Shown: positions 49,959 to 61,365, numbered from the stretch's first letter. The stretch is 64,000 nt of DNA from Candidatus Cloacimonadales bacterium (GCA_963674825.1 OY771587.1:1376001-1440000), one strand, 5' to 3'. The notes: generated by a model from the sequence alone, not told the origin. Translations and numbers: made by a program.

Positions 49959-50789
49959 CTATTTCTCTTCTAATCCCTTGGTGTTATCGGTATGGTTCTC
50001 CGGTTCGGAAGCCGTTTTGTTGTTGTGGAGCAGGTCCGATACGGAAACCGCTTTGTATTTCTTCATTTTTGGCGGTGCGCTGATCGCATCGGAAGGACAA
50101 TAATTGTAGCACCGTAAGCACAGTACGCACTGATCCTGAAATTCTGGGAATTCGTACATCCTGATATTATCCGCCGGGCAGAGCCGGTAGCAGATACCGC
50201 ACTGAATGCACTTACTGGTCTCGATTTTAAACGGGACTTTCTTGCGCATGAATTTCCAAGGTTTCTCGGAGCGATTAATCTTGTTCATCAGAAATTCATG
50301 TGGCATCGGACGTGGCCAGGAAGCCACCCTGAAGTGAATATCATGTGCGAAAATACGTGCTTTGCGCAATCCCGCATGGATTGTTTTCTTCTGCTTCTGT
50401 TCCGAATGTTTGGTGAAGAAGTTGGACGGCATAACGATCTCCTTCGCCGCCAGAAGGCTGTAGCCTTTCTTCTTTAGCAGCTTGCCCAATGGTCCTACGA
50501 TACCGCCGGAATATCCGCCCATGGTATCGACCATGAAGACTTCTGTACCGCTCGCCTGGGGAAGCTTTTCTATAAAATCCCACACAAAGGGATAAGTCGC
50601 CTGGATCGCCACCGGAAAAGCCAGCCCAATCGTATGCTTGAGGTTGATCGTAGCCGGATCACTCTTCTCCAGATGGTGAAGGTTCACATCGATCTCGTTC
50701 TCCTCAAAGTACTGGATCATCTCTTTCGCGACCAGCATCGTGTTGCCGGTACCGCTGAAAACGTAGAAATCTATCGTGTTCGTCTGCAT
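49959..50789 (-). CDS. EFR1-family flavodoxin-ferredoxin fusion
   Basis: FSGTGNT; CIQCGICYRLCP and CVLCLRCYNYCP; start reset to ATG 50789 behind GGAGG. Confidence 0.9.
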   Translation of the reverse strand: MQTNTIDFYVFSGTGNTMLVAKEMIQYFEENEIDVNLHHLEKSDPATINLKHTIGLAFPVAIQATYPFVWDFIEKLPQASGTEVFMVDTMGGYSGGIVGPLGKLLKKKGYSLLAAKEIVMPSNFFTKHSEQKQKKTIHAGLRKARIFAHDIHFRVASWPRPMPHEFLMNKINRSEKPWKFMRKKVPFKIETSKCIQCGICYRLCPADNIRMYEFPEFQDQCVLCLRCYNYCPSDAISAPPKMKKYKAVSVSDLLHNNKTASEPENHTDNTKGLEEK

Positions 50790-51058
50790 ACAAACCTCCG
50801 AATGCATAAAGAATCACGGCGCGCAATTTTTGTCAACCGGCTTGTGCAGGAAAGCCAGAAACCCATGCAATTTCATGAATGAAAGAAGATTAAGGAAGTT
50901 GTAATGCCGACATGATGCATCCATAGACGCTGAATCAGACTCACAAGAAAATGGACATTCATAAAATTCATCTTAATTAGGGAATGAAAATTGCGCATCT
51001 TATGGAGGTCATTGAGAATGCCAATGATGGAATTTACATATATAAGGAGAATCTGATT

Positions 51059-54000
51059 ATGCGAACCCCTATCATCATTCTGTTGTTTTTGTTGATAAGT
51101 TCACTATTTGCAGTTGGTCAGAATGGCATGACCTGTATTCAAAGTGATCCTTCGGGACTTGAAATCGACTTTGCTATCCCACAATGGGATTTGCGCGATT
51201 CTCCTGATGGAGACGGGCTCCTCATTCAATCGAGTAACGTAGCCTGGATCGCTGATGAAGGTAAACCTCAACTGCCTATTTTCTCGACTTCCGTCGCGAT
51301 TCCCGATCAGGGAACCTTCAGCTACGAAGTTGAGATCCTCGAAGAAGAGATTGTCAACGATGTTCAAATAGCACCCTGGCACGAGCCGTCATCCGATGCA
51401 GCGAGCTCACAGGATACCTCCATTTACGGACAAGACACCTTTTACCCATCTTCCATCGTTCAGATGAGCGATCCCGCGATCATGCGAGATTACCGTATCG
51501 CATCGATCTCGGTTACTCCCTTCCACTACAATGACGCCATGAAGCAGCTGCGAATCATTCGTTCCTTCCGGCTTCATGTCACGTTCAATTCCGATCGTAG
51601 CGGCATCAACGAGATTACCAATCGCAGCCGCAACGCGTCGAAATCATTCACAAGCCTCTATGCGAACGCGCTTCTGAACTACGAACAGGTAGCCATGCGT
51701 ACTATGGACGATCCGCCATGCATCCTCTATATTTATTACAACAACGCAACCATCGCGAGCTATATCGCACTTCTCGCAAACTGGAAACATCAGGTTGGCT
51801 ATGAAGTTCATATGGCGACAACTGCACAGACCGGTACGACGAACTCGTCGATCAAGGCCTATATCCAGAATGCTTACGACAACTGGGAGAATCCACCTGA
51901 CTACGTTGTCATGGTCGGCGATGCCACCGGAACCTACGGCCTGCCTACATGGTATCAGAGCTGGGAATCCTACAACGCGGAAGGCGATCATCCCTATACG
52001 CTTCTCGCCGGTGACGACCAGGTAGAAGATATCTGCATTGGACGCCTTTCTTTCAGCAGTCTCGATGAACTTCTGGTTATCATCAGCAAAAACGGTACAT
52101 ACGAAAGCTCTCCCTACACCGACGACACCGACTGGTATGATCAGGTTCTTCTTGTGGGCGATACCAGCCCGTCCGGAATCTCCTGTATTTCCACCAATAA
52201 TTACGTCAAAGAACGCATGCTCGATTACAGCCCAGACTACACCTTTACGGAACTCTATGGTTCCAGCCCGTCACCGCAATCGATGAACAACGCTATCGAC
52301 GCAGGTGTGAGCTACTTCAACTACCGCGGTTACCTCTATATGAGCGATTGGGATCACGACAACTATGTGTTCGAGCTTACCAACTACCATATGCTCCCCG
52401 TTTGCGTGATCATTACCTGCGGAACCGGTTCATTCGCCAGCGAAACCAGCGCTACCGAGCAGCTGCTTCGTCTCGGTACTACGACCAATCCCCGTGGTGG
52501 TGTCTGTGCAATCGGATCGGCTACCTGGGGAACGCACACAGCCTACAACAACGCACTCGACGCCAGCATTTTCTCGGGTCTCTTCAATCATGATCTGCGA
52601 ACGATCGGCGAAGCAATGCAGTTCGGTAAATTCTCGCTCTGGGAAATCTATAACAACAGCCAGTTTGAGACAATGCGGTTCTTCCTCCATAACAACAACC
52701 TCATGGGCGATCCAACCCTCCAGGTCTGGAAAACCGTGCCACAAACACTCAATGCCGCCTATTCATCCTCAATCGCTCCGGGAACGGATCAGATCCAGAT
52801 TCGCGTAACCCAGGAATCAGGTTCAGCACTCTCAAACGCATGGGTGACTATTCTGAAAGACTCCGACACCGTCTTTGCTACCGGCTACACTGACAACAAC
52901 GGTTATGTTTATCTCCCCGTTGAAACCACGAGTACAGGCAATGTTACTGTTACCGTCACCAAAGCAGGATACAAACCGCATCAGGGAACATTCACCATCG
53001 CCAGTCAGACACATTCGGTTACTGTCGATGGCACCATTATCGATGACGATAACACCGGCACATCAAGCGGTAACGGTAACGGAATTGTTAACGCCGGCGA
53101 GACGATCGAGCTCAAAGTAAACCTGCGCAACAATGGTTCTTCAAGCCTGAACAATGTTATCGCAACTCTCACCACGAGCAGCTCGATGGTCGAATCCATC
53201 AGCGACAACTACGAAACCTGGGGGACCATCGCTTCGGGAGCAGTTGGAACCTGTGCGGACGATTTCGATTTCACTGTCGAAGCCGACTGCCCGGACGGCT
53301 ACGAGATTCCGTTTGTCCTCTCGGTCCAATCCGGCCTTGTAAACTGGCGCAAGGAGCTTACAATCCAGGTTAGCGCTTCGAATCTATACGTTGGAGATAT
53401 AACGATTGATGACGAAGGTGGTAATGGCAATCTGGACCCAACCGAAACCGGCGATATCTATCTTGAACTGGTCAATAGCGGTTCCGTATCGCTAACCAAC
53501 GTCAATGCAACGGTCAGCGTTGTGCAAGGTGGGCTGAGCTTCAGCACTTCGACGACATCTTTCGGTACCGTTAGCGCCGGTGGTTCGGCAACCAATACAG
53601 TACCGCTCGTAGCCACAGCCACCGAAGATGTGATACCCGGTACGCAGTTCTCTATCAAGCTCGCCCTCACAGCAGATGGCGGCTACGTCAACAGTATATC
53701 GTTCCCGCTGACAGTCGGCACGGTATCATCTTCAGATCCGCTTGGTCCGGACGCATATGGCTACTACATCTACGATTCGGACGATACCATCTACTCACTT
53801 GTACCTGTGTATGATTGGATCGAAATCGATCCCAGCTACGGCGGAAGCGGAACCTCCCTTGGCCTTACTGATACCGGCAATAACGCAGACGACGTTACGA
53901 CGGTCAACATACCGATCAACTTCGTTTACTACGGTGAACATTACTCATCGATCAGCGTCTGCTCAAACGGATGGATTAGCTGCGGAGCAACCGAGCAGAT

Positions 54001-55693
54001 AACCTTCCGTAACTATCGCTTACCTGGCCCTCTCGGCCCTACCAACATGATCGCGCCATTCTGGGACGACCTCGCATTGGGTACATCCAGCGATGTCCTG
54101 ACGTATTACAATTCGACGGAGCACTACTACGTCGTCGAGTGGTCTCATATGTCGAATCGCTACAACGGTGCAACAGAAACCTTCCAAGCGATTCTTTACG
54201 ACGCGAGCTTCCATAACACGCCAACAGGGGATTCTCCCATAAAATTCCAGTACAACGTATTCAATAACGTCGATCAAGGTGGATCCCATACACACGGCGA
54301 ATATTGCACCATCGGTATCGAGAATGGCGATGAAACGATCGGCCTGGAATATACCTTCAACAATGAATATCCCGATGCCTGTCATACCCTCTCGAATGGC
54401 ATGGCGCTATATATCACCACCGGACAGGGTGAAATCCAGGGACCACCTTCCGCTAGCGTATATCCGAGCCAGATCGATCTCTATGTGATGCCTGGTGAAA
54501 CCACGGAAAATCAGATATCCATCAGCAACACCGGTGAAGCAGATCTCTTTTACAGCATTTATGCGAACTATCTGGAATCCCGTGACTACGGCGAAGACGG
54601 AACTTTCGGCTACGAATGGATCGACAGCTCCGAACCGGCTGGACCTGTGTACGACTGGGTCGATATATCAGATGTCGGAACCGAGATCAATTTCACGGGC
54701 GACGATGTAATGTCATCATCGGTCAGTATCGGGTTCGATTTCCCCTTCTACGAATCCACGTACAGCAGCGTTCAGGTTTGCTCGAATGGATTCCTCTCGT
54801 TCGACGGATCCGGCGCTTCGCAGTGGACCAACATCTCGATTCCAACTACGGATAATCCAAATAACTTCATCGCGCCTTTCTACGACGACCTCAGTCCGCA
54901 AAACAGCGGAAACACATATTACTACCATGACTCCGCTCTTGGCAGGTTCATCGTTTCGTTCGAGATGGTGCCACATTACGGAAGTACGTATCCCGGAACC
55001 TATTCGTTCCAGGCAATCCTGTACGAGAATGGAACAATTATCTTCCAATACGACTATCTGCAAGGGACCATCACTTCGGCGACAATCGGAATCGAAAATG
55101 CTAATGGCACCGACGGCCTCCTGATCGCTTTCAATGAATCCTATGCAGAAGAAGGACTCGCGATCAAGATATCCACAGGCCTCTCCTGGCTAGAAGTAAG
55201 CCCGGAAAGTGGGCTGGTTGAACAAGACGGTAGCCAGACAATTTCGCTTACCGCAAACGCCGAAGACCTCGAACTGGGAACCTATGAGTGCGAGCTATTG
55301 ATTACCACGAACGATCCTGCTCACAATCCCATCATCGTACCGGTGACACTGCATGTTGTAACAGCTTATGCGGATCCTTCCGCAGTAACCGGGCTGTCCA
55401 TCAACTCAACACCTGGTATTTGCAATCTCTCTTGGGAGCCTGTTACAACCGACATCAATGGTTCGCCAATCACTGTCAGCTACTACAACATCTACCGTAG
55501 CGATATCGGGGTTGAGCCGGCTGTCGATGGCGCATTCTTCCTCGCATCGACATCAAACACAAGCTATGCCGACGCCATGACCGGTGCAGCAGGCTATCGC
55601 TATATCGTTACCGCTGTCCTGGACGATGGACGGGAAACGCGTGCGATTCGTTCCGCAAAGAAGGAAATCAACGAACAAAAAGGCCGAGAATAA
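51059..55693 (+). CDS. Gingipain-like C25 peptidase with propeptide, Ig-like domains and two nidogen-like repeats
   Basis: Signal peptide; GKPQLP propeptide; IGRLS, NYRG, ITCGTG, NLMGDP; two GY.(Y/W).DS...YDW repeats; start reset to ATG 51059 behind AAGGAG. Confidence 0.88.
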   Translation: MRTPIIILLFLLISSLFAVGQNGMTCIQSDPSGLEIDFAIPQWDLRDSPDGDGLLIQSSNVAWIADEGKPQLPIFSTSVAIPDQGTFSYEVEILEEEIVNDVQIAPWHEPSSDAASSQDTSIYGQDTFYPSSIVQMSDPAIMRDYRIASISVTPFHYNDAMKQLRIIRSFRLHVTFNSDRSGINEITNRSRNASKSFTSLYANALLNYEQVAMRTMDDPPCILYIYYNNATIASYIALLANWKHQVGYEVHMATTAQTGTTNSSIKAYIQNAYDNWENPPDYVVMVGDATGTYGLPTWYQSWESYNAEGDHPYTLLAGDDQVEDICIGRLSFSSLDELLVIISKNGTYESSPYTDDTDWYDQVLLVGDTSPSGISCISTNNYVKERMLDYSPDYTFTELYGSSPSPQSMNNAIDAGVSYFNYRGYLYMSDWDHDNYVFELTNYHMLPVCVIITCGTGSFASETSATEQLLRLGTTTNPRGGVCAIGSATWGTHTAYNNALDASIFSGLFNHDLRTIGEAMQFGKFSLWEIYNNSQFETMRFFLHNNNLMGDPTLQVWKTVPQTLNAAYSSSIAPGTDQIQIRVTQESGSALSNAWVTILKDSDTVFATGYTDNNGYVYLPVETTSTGNVTVTVTKAGYKPHQGTFTIASQTHSVTVDGTIIDDDNTGTSSGNGNGIVNAGETIELKVNLRNNGSSSLNNVIATLTTSSSMVESISDNYETWGTIASGAVGTCADDFDFTVEADCPDGYEIPFVLSVQSGLVNWRKELTIQVSASNLYVGDITIDDEGGNGNLDPTETGDIYLELVNSGSVSLTNVNATVSVVQGGLSFSTSTTSFGTVSAGGSATNTVPLVATATEDVIPGTQFSIKLALTADGGYVNSISFPLTVGTVSSSDPLGPDAYGYYIYDSDDTIYSLVPVYDWIEIDPSYGGSGTSLGLTDTGNNADDVTTVNIPINFVYYGEHYSSISVCSNGWISCGATEQITFRNYRLPGPLGPTNMIAPFWDDLALGTSSDVLTYYNSTEHYYVVEWSHMSNRYNGATETFQAILYDASFHNTPTGDSPIKFQYNVFNNVDQGGSHTHGEYCTIGIENGDETIGLEYTFNNEYPDACHTLSNGMALYITTGQGEIQGPPSASVYPSQIDLYVMPGETTENQISISNTGEADLFYSIYANYLESRDYGEDGTFGYEWIDSSEPAGPVYDWVDISDVGTEINFTGDDVMSSSVSIGFDFPFYESTYSSVQVCSNGFLSFDGSGASQWTNISIPTTDNPNNFIAPFYDDLSPQNSGNTYYYHDSALGRFIVSFEMVPHYGSTYPGTYSFQAILYENGTIIFQYDYLQGTITSATIGIENANGTDGLLIAFNESYAEEGLAIKISTGLSWLEVSPESGLVEQDGSQTISLTANAEDLELGTYECELLITTNDPAHNPIIVPVTLHVVTAYADPSAVTGLSINSTPGICNLSWEPVTTDINGSPITVSYYNIYRSDIGVEPAVDGAFFLASTSNTSYADAMTGAAGYRYIVTAVLDDGRETRAIRSAKKEINEQKGRE

Positions 55694-55707
55694 GTAAAAA
55701 AAAGACA

Positions 55708-55747
55708 AAAGACGGTAGAGGCGTTACCGCCTCTACCGTCTTTCTTT
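55708..55747. terminator. Bidirectional intrinsic terminator
   Basis: Perfect 16-bp stem AAAGACGGTAGAGGCG-TTAC-CGCCTCTACCGTCTTT between convergent genes. Confidence 0.85.
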
Positions 55748-55764
55748 GCTATTGGATGGCCATA

Positions 55765-57177
55765 TTAGAAATACTCATATGTCCAGACTGCTTTTTTGTA
55801 GAGCTTACCATTCTTCTTTAAAAGCACTTGCTTGTTCAACCCATTCTCATAGTAATCATACAAGTACTCATCGATATTTTTTTCCCTTATATCCGTGAAA
55901 TCTCGTGTTACAACGCGAGATTTCAATTGACCTGATTCATCGTATTGGAAAGACATTTCGCAGGGTTTGCGGTAGAATTCCCCATCGCCTGTATTGAAAT
56001 CAGATACACTAGAGTATGGCCCCAAAGCTTGAAATTTTGAAATAAGCCCTTCATCATTGTAAGCATACTGAAGAGTAAGTATTATAGTACCTTCTTCGTT
56101 GATTTTTTCCATACTAGAAATGTCACCATCACTATTGTAGGTGAAAATCTCTTTTGATACAACCGAACCGAGCAAATCAACATTTGCGAGATTATCTATT
56201 TTCGAATTCGTAACCCTTGGGGCCTTAGAAGCTAAATCATTGAGCCAGAACTCCCACTCTGCAACCCACCATTCAATCATTTTTTCCTTTGGTTCGCCAC
56301 GTTTCCCCGCAATCTCCAGTTTTCCGTCCATCATGCAATAAACAGTTGAGTCGCTTATCTCTGGCTTATACGTAATCCTCTCCGCAACATGCCCATCACT
56401 ATATTTGCTTATAATACGTTCTCTTCTTTCCGGACTTATCAATTCTTCGAAGACTATGTTTCCCTTGATGAAACTCAGAACAATTATCTGATTCTCATCC
56501 ATATCCACGGATAAACTGAATAGAGCATCCTTATTAGCGTCATTATAGTAGAACCGACAAATCGAGGCAGTTGTATCATCCATTTCGAACACCTTAGAGA
56601 ATTCAGGTAACAATATCTGAGTCAGCTCATTCATTGTTTTATTGTACTTTCTTGTACCCTTGGGAACGCTATTCCCTTTTGCCAATGACACCTCTTCAAG
56701 CAGATTGCCTGCATCATTATATCGATATTTGTTTTCCCGTGCAAATTCTTCTGTTCCAGATGGTTTGTGAACAAAGATATCCCGTCCAATCATCAAGGTA
56801 TCGTCAAAACTATCTCGGTACGAGTATGTTCCATACAATCCATTCATAGGACTAATCAAACGTTTGAGCTCACTATAGGTACGGTTTCCCTGTACATCAA
56901 AATCTTCATGCTGATATGTTTGAATATTGCTTATGCTAAACATATCGAAATAATATACAGAGTCCCTACGTTCTATCGATTTTATACCTAACCTAGCGGT
57001 TTCAAGCCTGCTGGGTGCATTTGTATCGTATTGATGTAAATTTGCAAACGTAATCGTAAAATTTGCAGGAAGCTGGGCAAGGATAACGGACTCTCTCATC
57101 CCAGCGCAACTAACAAGCAAGAGAATAAACGTGAAAAGAAATCCATAAGTCCCGAAGGAGTTATTCTTTAACTGCAT
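55765..57177 (-). CDS. Hypothetical lipoprotein with YD-like (YxYN/D.xG) repeats
   Basis: Lipobox LVSC; YRYNDAG, FTYNSDG, YAYNDEG, FQYDESG; GGAGG RBS; AT-rich. Confidence 0.65.
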   Translation of the reverse strand: MQLKNNSFGTYGFLFTFILLLVSCAGMRESVILAQLPANFTITFANLHQYDTNAPSRLETARLGIKSIERRDSVYYFDMFSISNIQTYQHEDFDVQGNRTYSELKRLISPMNGLYGTYSYRDSFDDTLMIGRDIFVHKPSGTEEFARENKYRYNDAGNLLEEVSLAKGNSVPKGTRKYNKTMNELTQILLPEFSKVFEMDDTTASICRFYYNDANKDALFSLSVDMDENQIIVLSFIKGNIVFEELISPERRERIISKYSDGHVAERITYKPEISDSTVYCMMDGKLEIAGKRGEPKEKMIEWWVAEWEFWLNDLASKAPRVTNSKIDNLANVDLLGSVVSKEIFTYNSDGDISSMEKINEEGTIILTLQYAYNDEGLISKFQALGPYSSVSDFNTGDGEFYRKPCEMSFQYDESGQLKSRVVTRDFTDIREKNIDEYLYDYYENGLNKQVLLKKNGKLYKKAVWTYEYF

Positions 57178-57412
57178 GATACCTCCAATAATGAAAACAT
57201 TTCTTCACGATGGCATTAAACATGAGTAAATTTAAATGTCAATTTTATTTATGGGCTATAGATCGTATTTAGAATTTGCAGTCTTACTTTTTTATATAAA
57301 ACATCAACTCTAAGCGTTTCAAGGATTAACTCGGGCATATTCTTATTTTTTTTAGCAACATCCGGTATCTCCGGGATCGTTTCTTTCAATCGTTTACCGA
57401 AAGAGGGACAGT

Positions 57413-60373
57413 TTATTTCAACAACAGCATTTTGCGGACACCGACCGTATTGCCATCCACTTTCATCCTGTAGAAATAGACACCCGAAGCTACATCATTC
57501 CCCGTATCGGAACATCCGTCCCAAACAACTTTGTGATGCCCTTGCGGGATGGTTTCCGAAAGCAGCTTCTTCACTCTCTGACCGCGCACATTGTAGATGC
57601 AGATTTCCACATCCGATTTCGTCGCGAGCGAATACTCGATGGTTGTCTGAGGATTGAATGGGTTGGGCGAATTGCCAATCAGCCTGAATGGGCATGGTGC
57701 GGCAGAATCGTTATCATTATCCACAACTTCGAGATCGAAGAGCTGCGCATATACATCGTAATACGGGTAATAGGTGAATCCCATCTCTTCGCACCCCTGA
57801 CGCGAATCCAACCAGGTTAGATAGAAACGATTGCCTCCTGCCGGGACAATATTCAGCGAAGATGCGATATAGTCCATATCGCAAATAACCATCGGCTCAT
57901 CCCACAGCGTCCCATCGTAGTTCAGGTGCTGGAGATACAGATCGTCATCAGGAAAGAAGCCCTCATTATCCGGGGTGTAAAGCCGATAGCCAATCAGAAA
58001 TCCAACGCTGGTCTGGGCAAACCTCAGGTCGGACCAGGAGATGTCGGCTGAAATGATCGTCAGCGGTTCATCCCAGAAGGGATTGCACGCCAGATCGTAT
58101 TTCTGCATGTACAGCGTCGTGGGGACTTCCGAGGTTGATTCCTTCCAGATGAAATACAGGTATCCATCCACATAATACATGTTCAAATAGGAAAGGTAAG
58201 AGCCCGTACCGGGCACAAGGTAGCCGTAATCCCATTCCGTGCTGCTGTCGTTGTGCACAATTTGGATTCGTAATGAATACGAGGGCATGGAGTAATCCTC
58301 CCATGCAAGCACCAGATCGCCGTTGAGCCTCATGCTATTTATTGAATACTTGTTTTTCCCGTTCGTCTCTGCGATGAGATTGCCGCCTTCGGCCCAGCCA
58401 TTGGTCATATTGCCGTCCGGATCAAGCTTGGTGGCATAGAGGTCTGTCCGGTTGCATACCCAGATCAGGTATCCCTCGCGGTATGCATTCACCCCCAATG
58501 AATCGGGGGAATCCGACACGATAAGCGATGGTTCATCCCATGCAAACTGCCCGTTCACAATCTTCTGAACCTTCAGCGAATTGGTGGTTCCCGTCTCTTC
58601 CACCCATGTGGTGATGAGCCCATCTCCCACGGGTTGCAGCTTGCATTGCTCGTAGTAAAACGACCCATCGGAGGTAAGCTCCTGCTCCTACACGATCGAT
58701 CCGTTGTCATCAATTGCGCAGAAATGCAGTTCCGAAGGGTATACGGTATCTTTCCAGCACAGTGCCGTTGTTCCGTCCTCGAGGCAACAGCTTCCAATCA
58801 CAAATACGTTAGGACCCACATCGCTGAAGAGCTGCATGCTTTCATCGAAAGAGGCGACACCATTCTCGTCGAGCATCTGAAAGAATGAGCCCAAGCCTTC
58901 GTCGTAAAACACACCAGCGTAATCGTACCACAGCACCTTCAGACGATTGTCGACCGAACCGGCTTGCAGGTGCCGGCTGTAGCCTTCATGACCTTGAATA
59001 AGTACTGTTCCGGCAGTGTCATAAAGGGTCGCACCATCATACGTTTGAACCTGCTGATACACGCTTTGTTGCTGCTCACTGTAACCGGTTCCCATATAAA
59101 TAATTGCATCCGGAGTACAATGCCTGGTAACATATAAGTAAAGCGGTGAGTTTTCCAGAATAACCTCGCCACCCTCAGACCAAAGCGATTCTCCATCGGT
59201 GTTGTATAGCTGAGTCTTGGTAAAAGTATCTCTCGTGAGCAACTGATTCCAGAGCACCAGGATATCATCGTCCGGCGTCACATCGAGCATCATATCATAG
59301 ATCGACATCATACCCGTTTCAACCTCGAGGCCTTCATCTCCCCACAAAAACTGGTCGTCTGGCGATATCTTATGAACGCATATCCTCGCTTCACGCCAAA
59401 TCCCCTGGCACCACATCACGTAGACATTCCCTTCCGCATCGTATGCTTTTTGATGATCGGCGACATCACCAAGATAATCACCGATTTCCACCGGCGAGTC
59501 AAGGATCAGCGCTCCGTCCATATCGAGGCGAGTGTAACACATCTGATTGTTCGCCGCGAAACTGCGCCCAAAGAGAACCACTACGCTTTCGCTATCCGGA
59601 TGAACAACCGTGGGCGAGATATACTGGTGCCATTCGTCGAGCCATGTTAACCATGCAACGCTCCCATCCGGTAACACGCGAGCGCACTGCAACTCCCGGG
59701 TATTGGTATCCAGAAGCCAGTTCTCACCGATCACGAGGATTCCACCCTCCCCATCACTGCAAACATTGGAATCGCAAAAAGCATTCGTGCCGGGCATGAC
59801 AACGATCCCGTCGTCACCCCACTGATTGCCCCCGGCATCAACATGGTTCACACGGATATCCCAATCATCCCGATCATCGAGCCATACGATATACGCTCCA
59901 CCATCAGGGTCGGCCTGAATCGCGACATTATAGAGAACTACTGCGTAGCTTTCACAGACGGTTATAAAATCATCCCATATTGCATTTCCATCGGCATCGT
60001 ATTTCATGCACTGCAAATCGGGATAGTAATTATCGGATGCGCTACACACAACAATGAAACCACCATCGGATGTTGCTCCTACATAAGGAGTCGCGTAGTA
60101 TCCCAAAGATGGAAATACCTGAACCGGTGAATCCCAGATTGCCTCACCCATGCTGTTATAGCGTTGCGCAAGAATGCCCATTCCGTTTTCCGTAGTTCCT
60201 TCCCATATCGCAATTACACTTCCGTCGGTAAGCAGGTCGCTACTCCCAAACCACCTTACGCGGCTGGACTTTTTTATTGGAATACCATTATCTTGCCATA
60301 GCATAGCTTGCGCGAACGAGATCGTGATGGTGATAAGAAGAATTGCCGTGAGTATCAGTCTCTTCAGATCCAT
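57413..60373 (-). pseudogene. Secreted beta-propeller-repeat protein with FlgD-Ig/T9SS-type C-terminal domain, interrupted by an in-frame TAG at 58688-58690
   Basis: Track ORFs 58688..60385 and 57413..58630 share one frame: ...DDNGSIV*EQELTSDGSFYYEQCKLQPVGDG...; C-terminal NSPNPFNPQTTI...IYNVRGQ...ASGVYFY...KMLLLK. Confidence 0.82.
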
Positions 60374-60575
60374 AAACCCTCCCAAGGATCATTGTTTACC
60401 GGATGAAACACAACTTCAATCGACACACTTATTAACAACAATGATTATTGGGTTATGTCAAGATAATTATTGCTCAGGCAGAAGGATCGCTTTCTGGAAA
60501 TAACGCACTCGAAAGAAATCGATTGACGAATCATACGGTAACCATGAATCATACGAATCAAACACTGGAGGAACG

Positions 60576-61139
60576 ATGGAAGCATCATTCTACAGCAGGG
60601 ACGAACTGGCGAAGCTGGGATTGAAATCGTATGGCGAGAACGTCCTGATATCGCGTTTTGCCAGACTCTACAACCCGGAGTTGCTCTCGATCGGCAACCA
60701 TGTTCGCATCGACGATTTCTGCATCCTGGGCGGAACCATCACACTGGGCAGTTATATCCACATAGCACCGTACTGCCTCTTGCAGGGCAAAGCCGGCATC
60801 ACGATGGAGGACTTCTCCGGGCTCTCCTCGCGCTGCTCGCTCTATACCGAGTCCGAAGACTACGTGCTGGGGACCTCGCTCACCAATCCCATGGTACCGC
60901 GGGAATTCCGTAACGTCGAGCATGCCCCCATCGTTGTAAAGAAGCACGCGCTTCTCGGCGTGGGAACGGTCATCCTGCCGGGATCGGTCATCGAAACCGG
61001 ATGCACCTTCGGCGCTCAATCGCTGCTTCAAGGCAAAACGGAACCCTGGACCGTCTATCGAGGCAACCCGGTAATGGCTGTCTGTCTCCGGCGCAGCAAA
61101 CGAATCCTTGAACTCGAAAAAGAACTTGAAAAGGTATAA
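60576..61139 (+). CDS. Hexapeptide-repeat N-acyltransferase, VioB/AntD-like
   Basis: SFYSRDELAKLGLKSYGENVLIS...IGNHVRIDDFCIL; recalled similarity to Bacillus AntD and E. coli VioB. Confidence 0.82.
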   Translation: MEASFYSRDELAKLGLKSYGENVLISRFARLYNPELLSIGNHVRIDDFCILGGTITLGSYIHIAPYCLLQGKAGITMEDFSGLSSRCSLYTESEDYVLGTSLTNPMVPREFRNVEHAPIVVKKHALLGVGTVILPGSVIETGCTFGAQSLLQGKTEPWTVYRGNPVMAVCLRRSKRILELEKELEKV

Positions 61140-61140
61140 C

Positions 61141-61365
61141 ATGAACGAACGCTTACTGACATGCGTCAACACCGTGCGCGAGAACAAAGGCCTCGCCCCG
61201 ATGGAAACCCTTGATCGTAACATGAATCTGCGCACCGATGTTGGGCTCGATTCGCTCGACCTGGCGGAACTCACCGTGCGCATCGAAAACGAATTCGGCA
61301 TCGATGTGTTCGAGGACTCGCTAGTCGCAACCATCGGCGAAATCCTCGATAAACTGGAGTCATGA
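61141..61365 (+). CDS. Acyl carrier protein
   Basis: DVGLDSLDLAEL phosphopantetheine site; 74 aa and acidic. Confidence 0.9.
   Translation: MNERLLTCVNTVRENKGLAPMETLDRNMNLRTDVGLDSLDLAELTVRIENEFGIDVFEDSLVATIGEILDKLES

Noticed and set aside
48670..50103. 477-aa + strand ORF, and similar long antisense ORFs such as 40263..41342 and 19910..20947
   Set aside because: They lie opposite well-supported genes; such open frames are expected from codon bias
58688..58690. Genome-wide TAG or TAA reassignment, or a pyrrolysine system
   Set aside because: Many genes here end normally in TAG or TAA; no pyl genes or suppressor tRNA in the window; only a weak 4-bp hairpin follows the TAG
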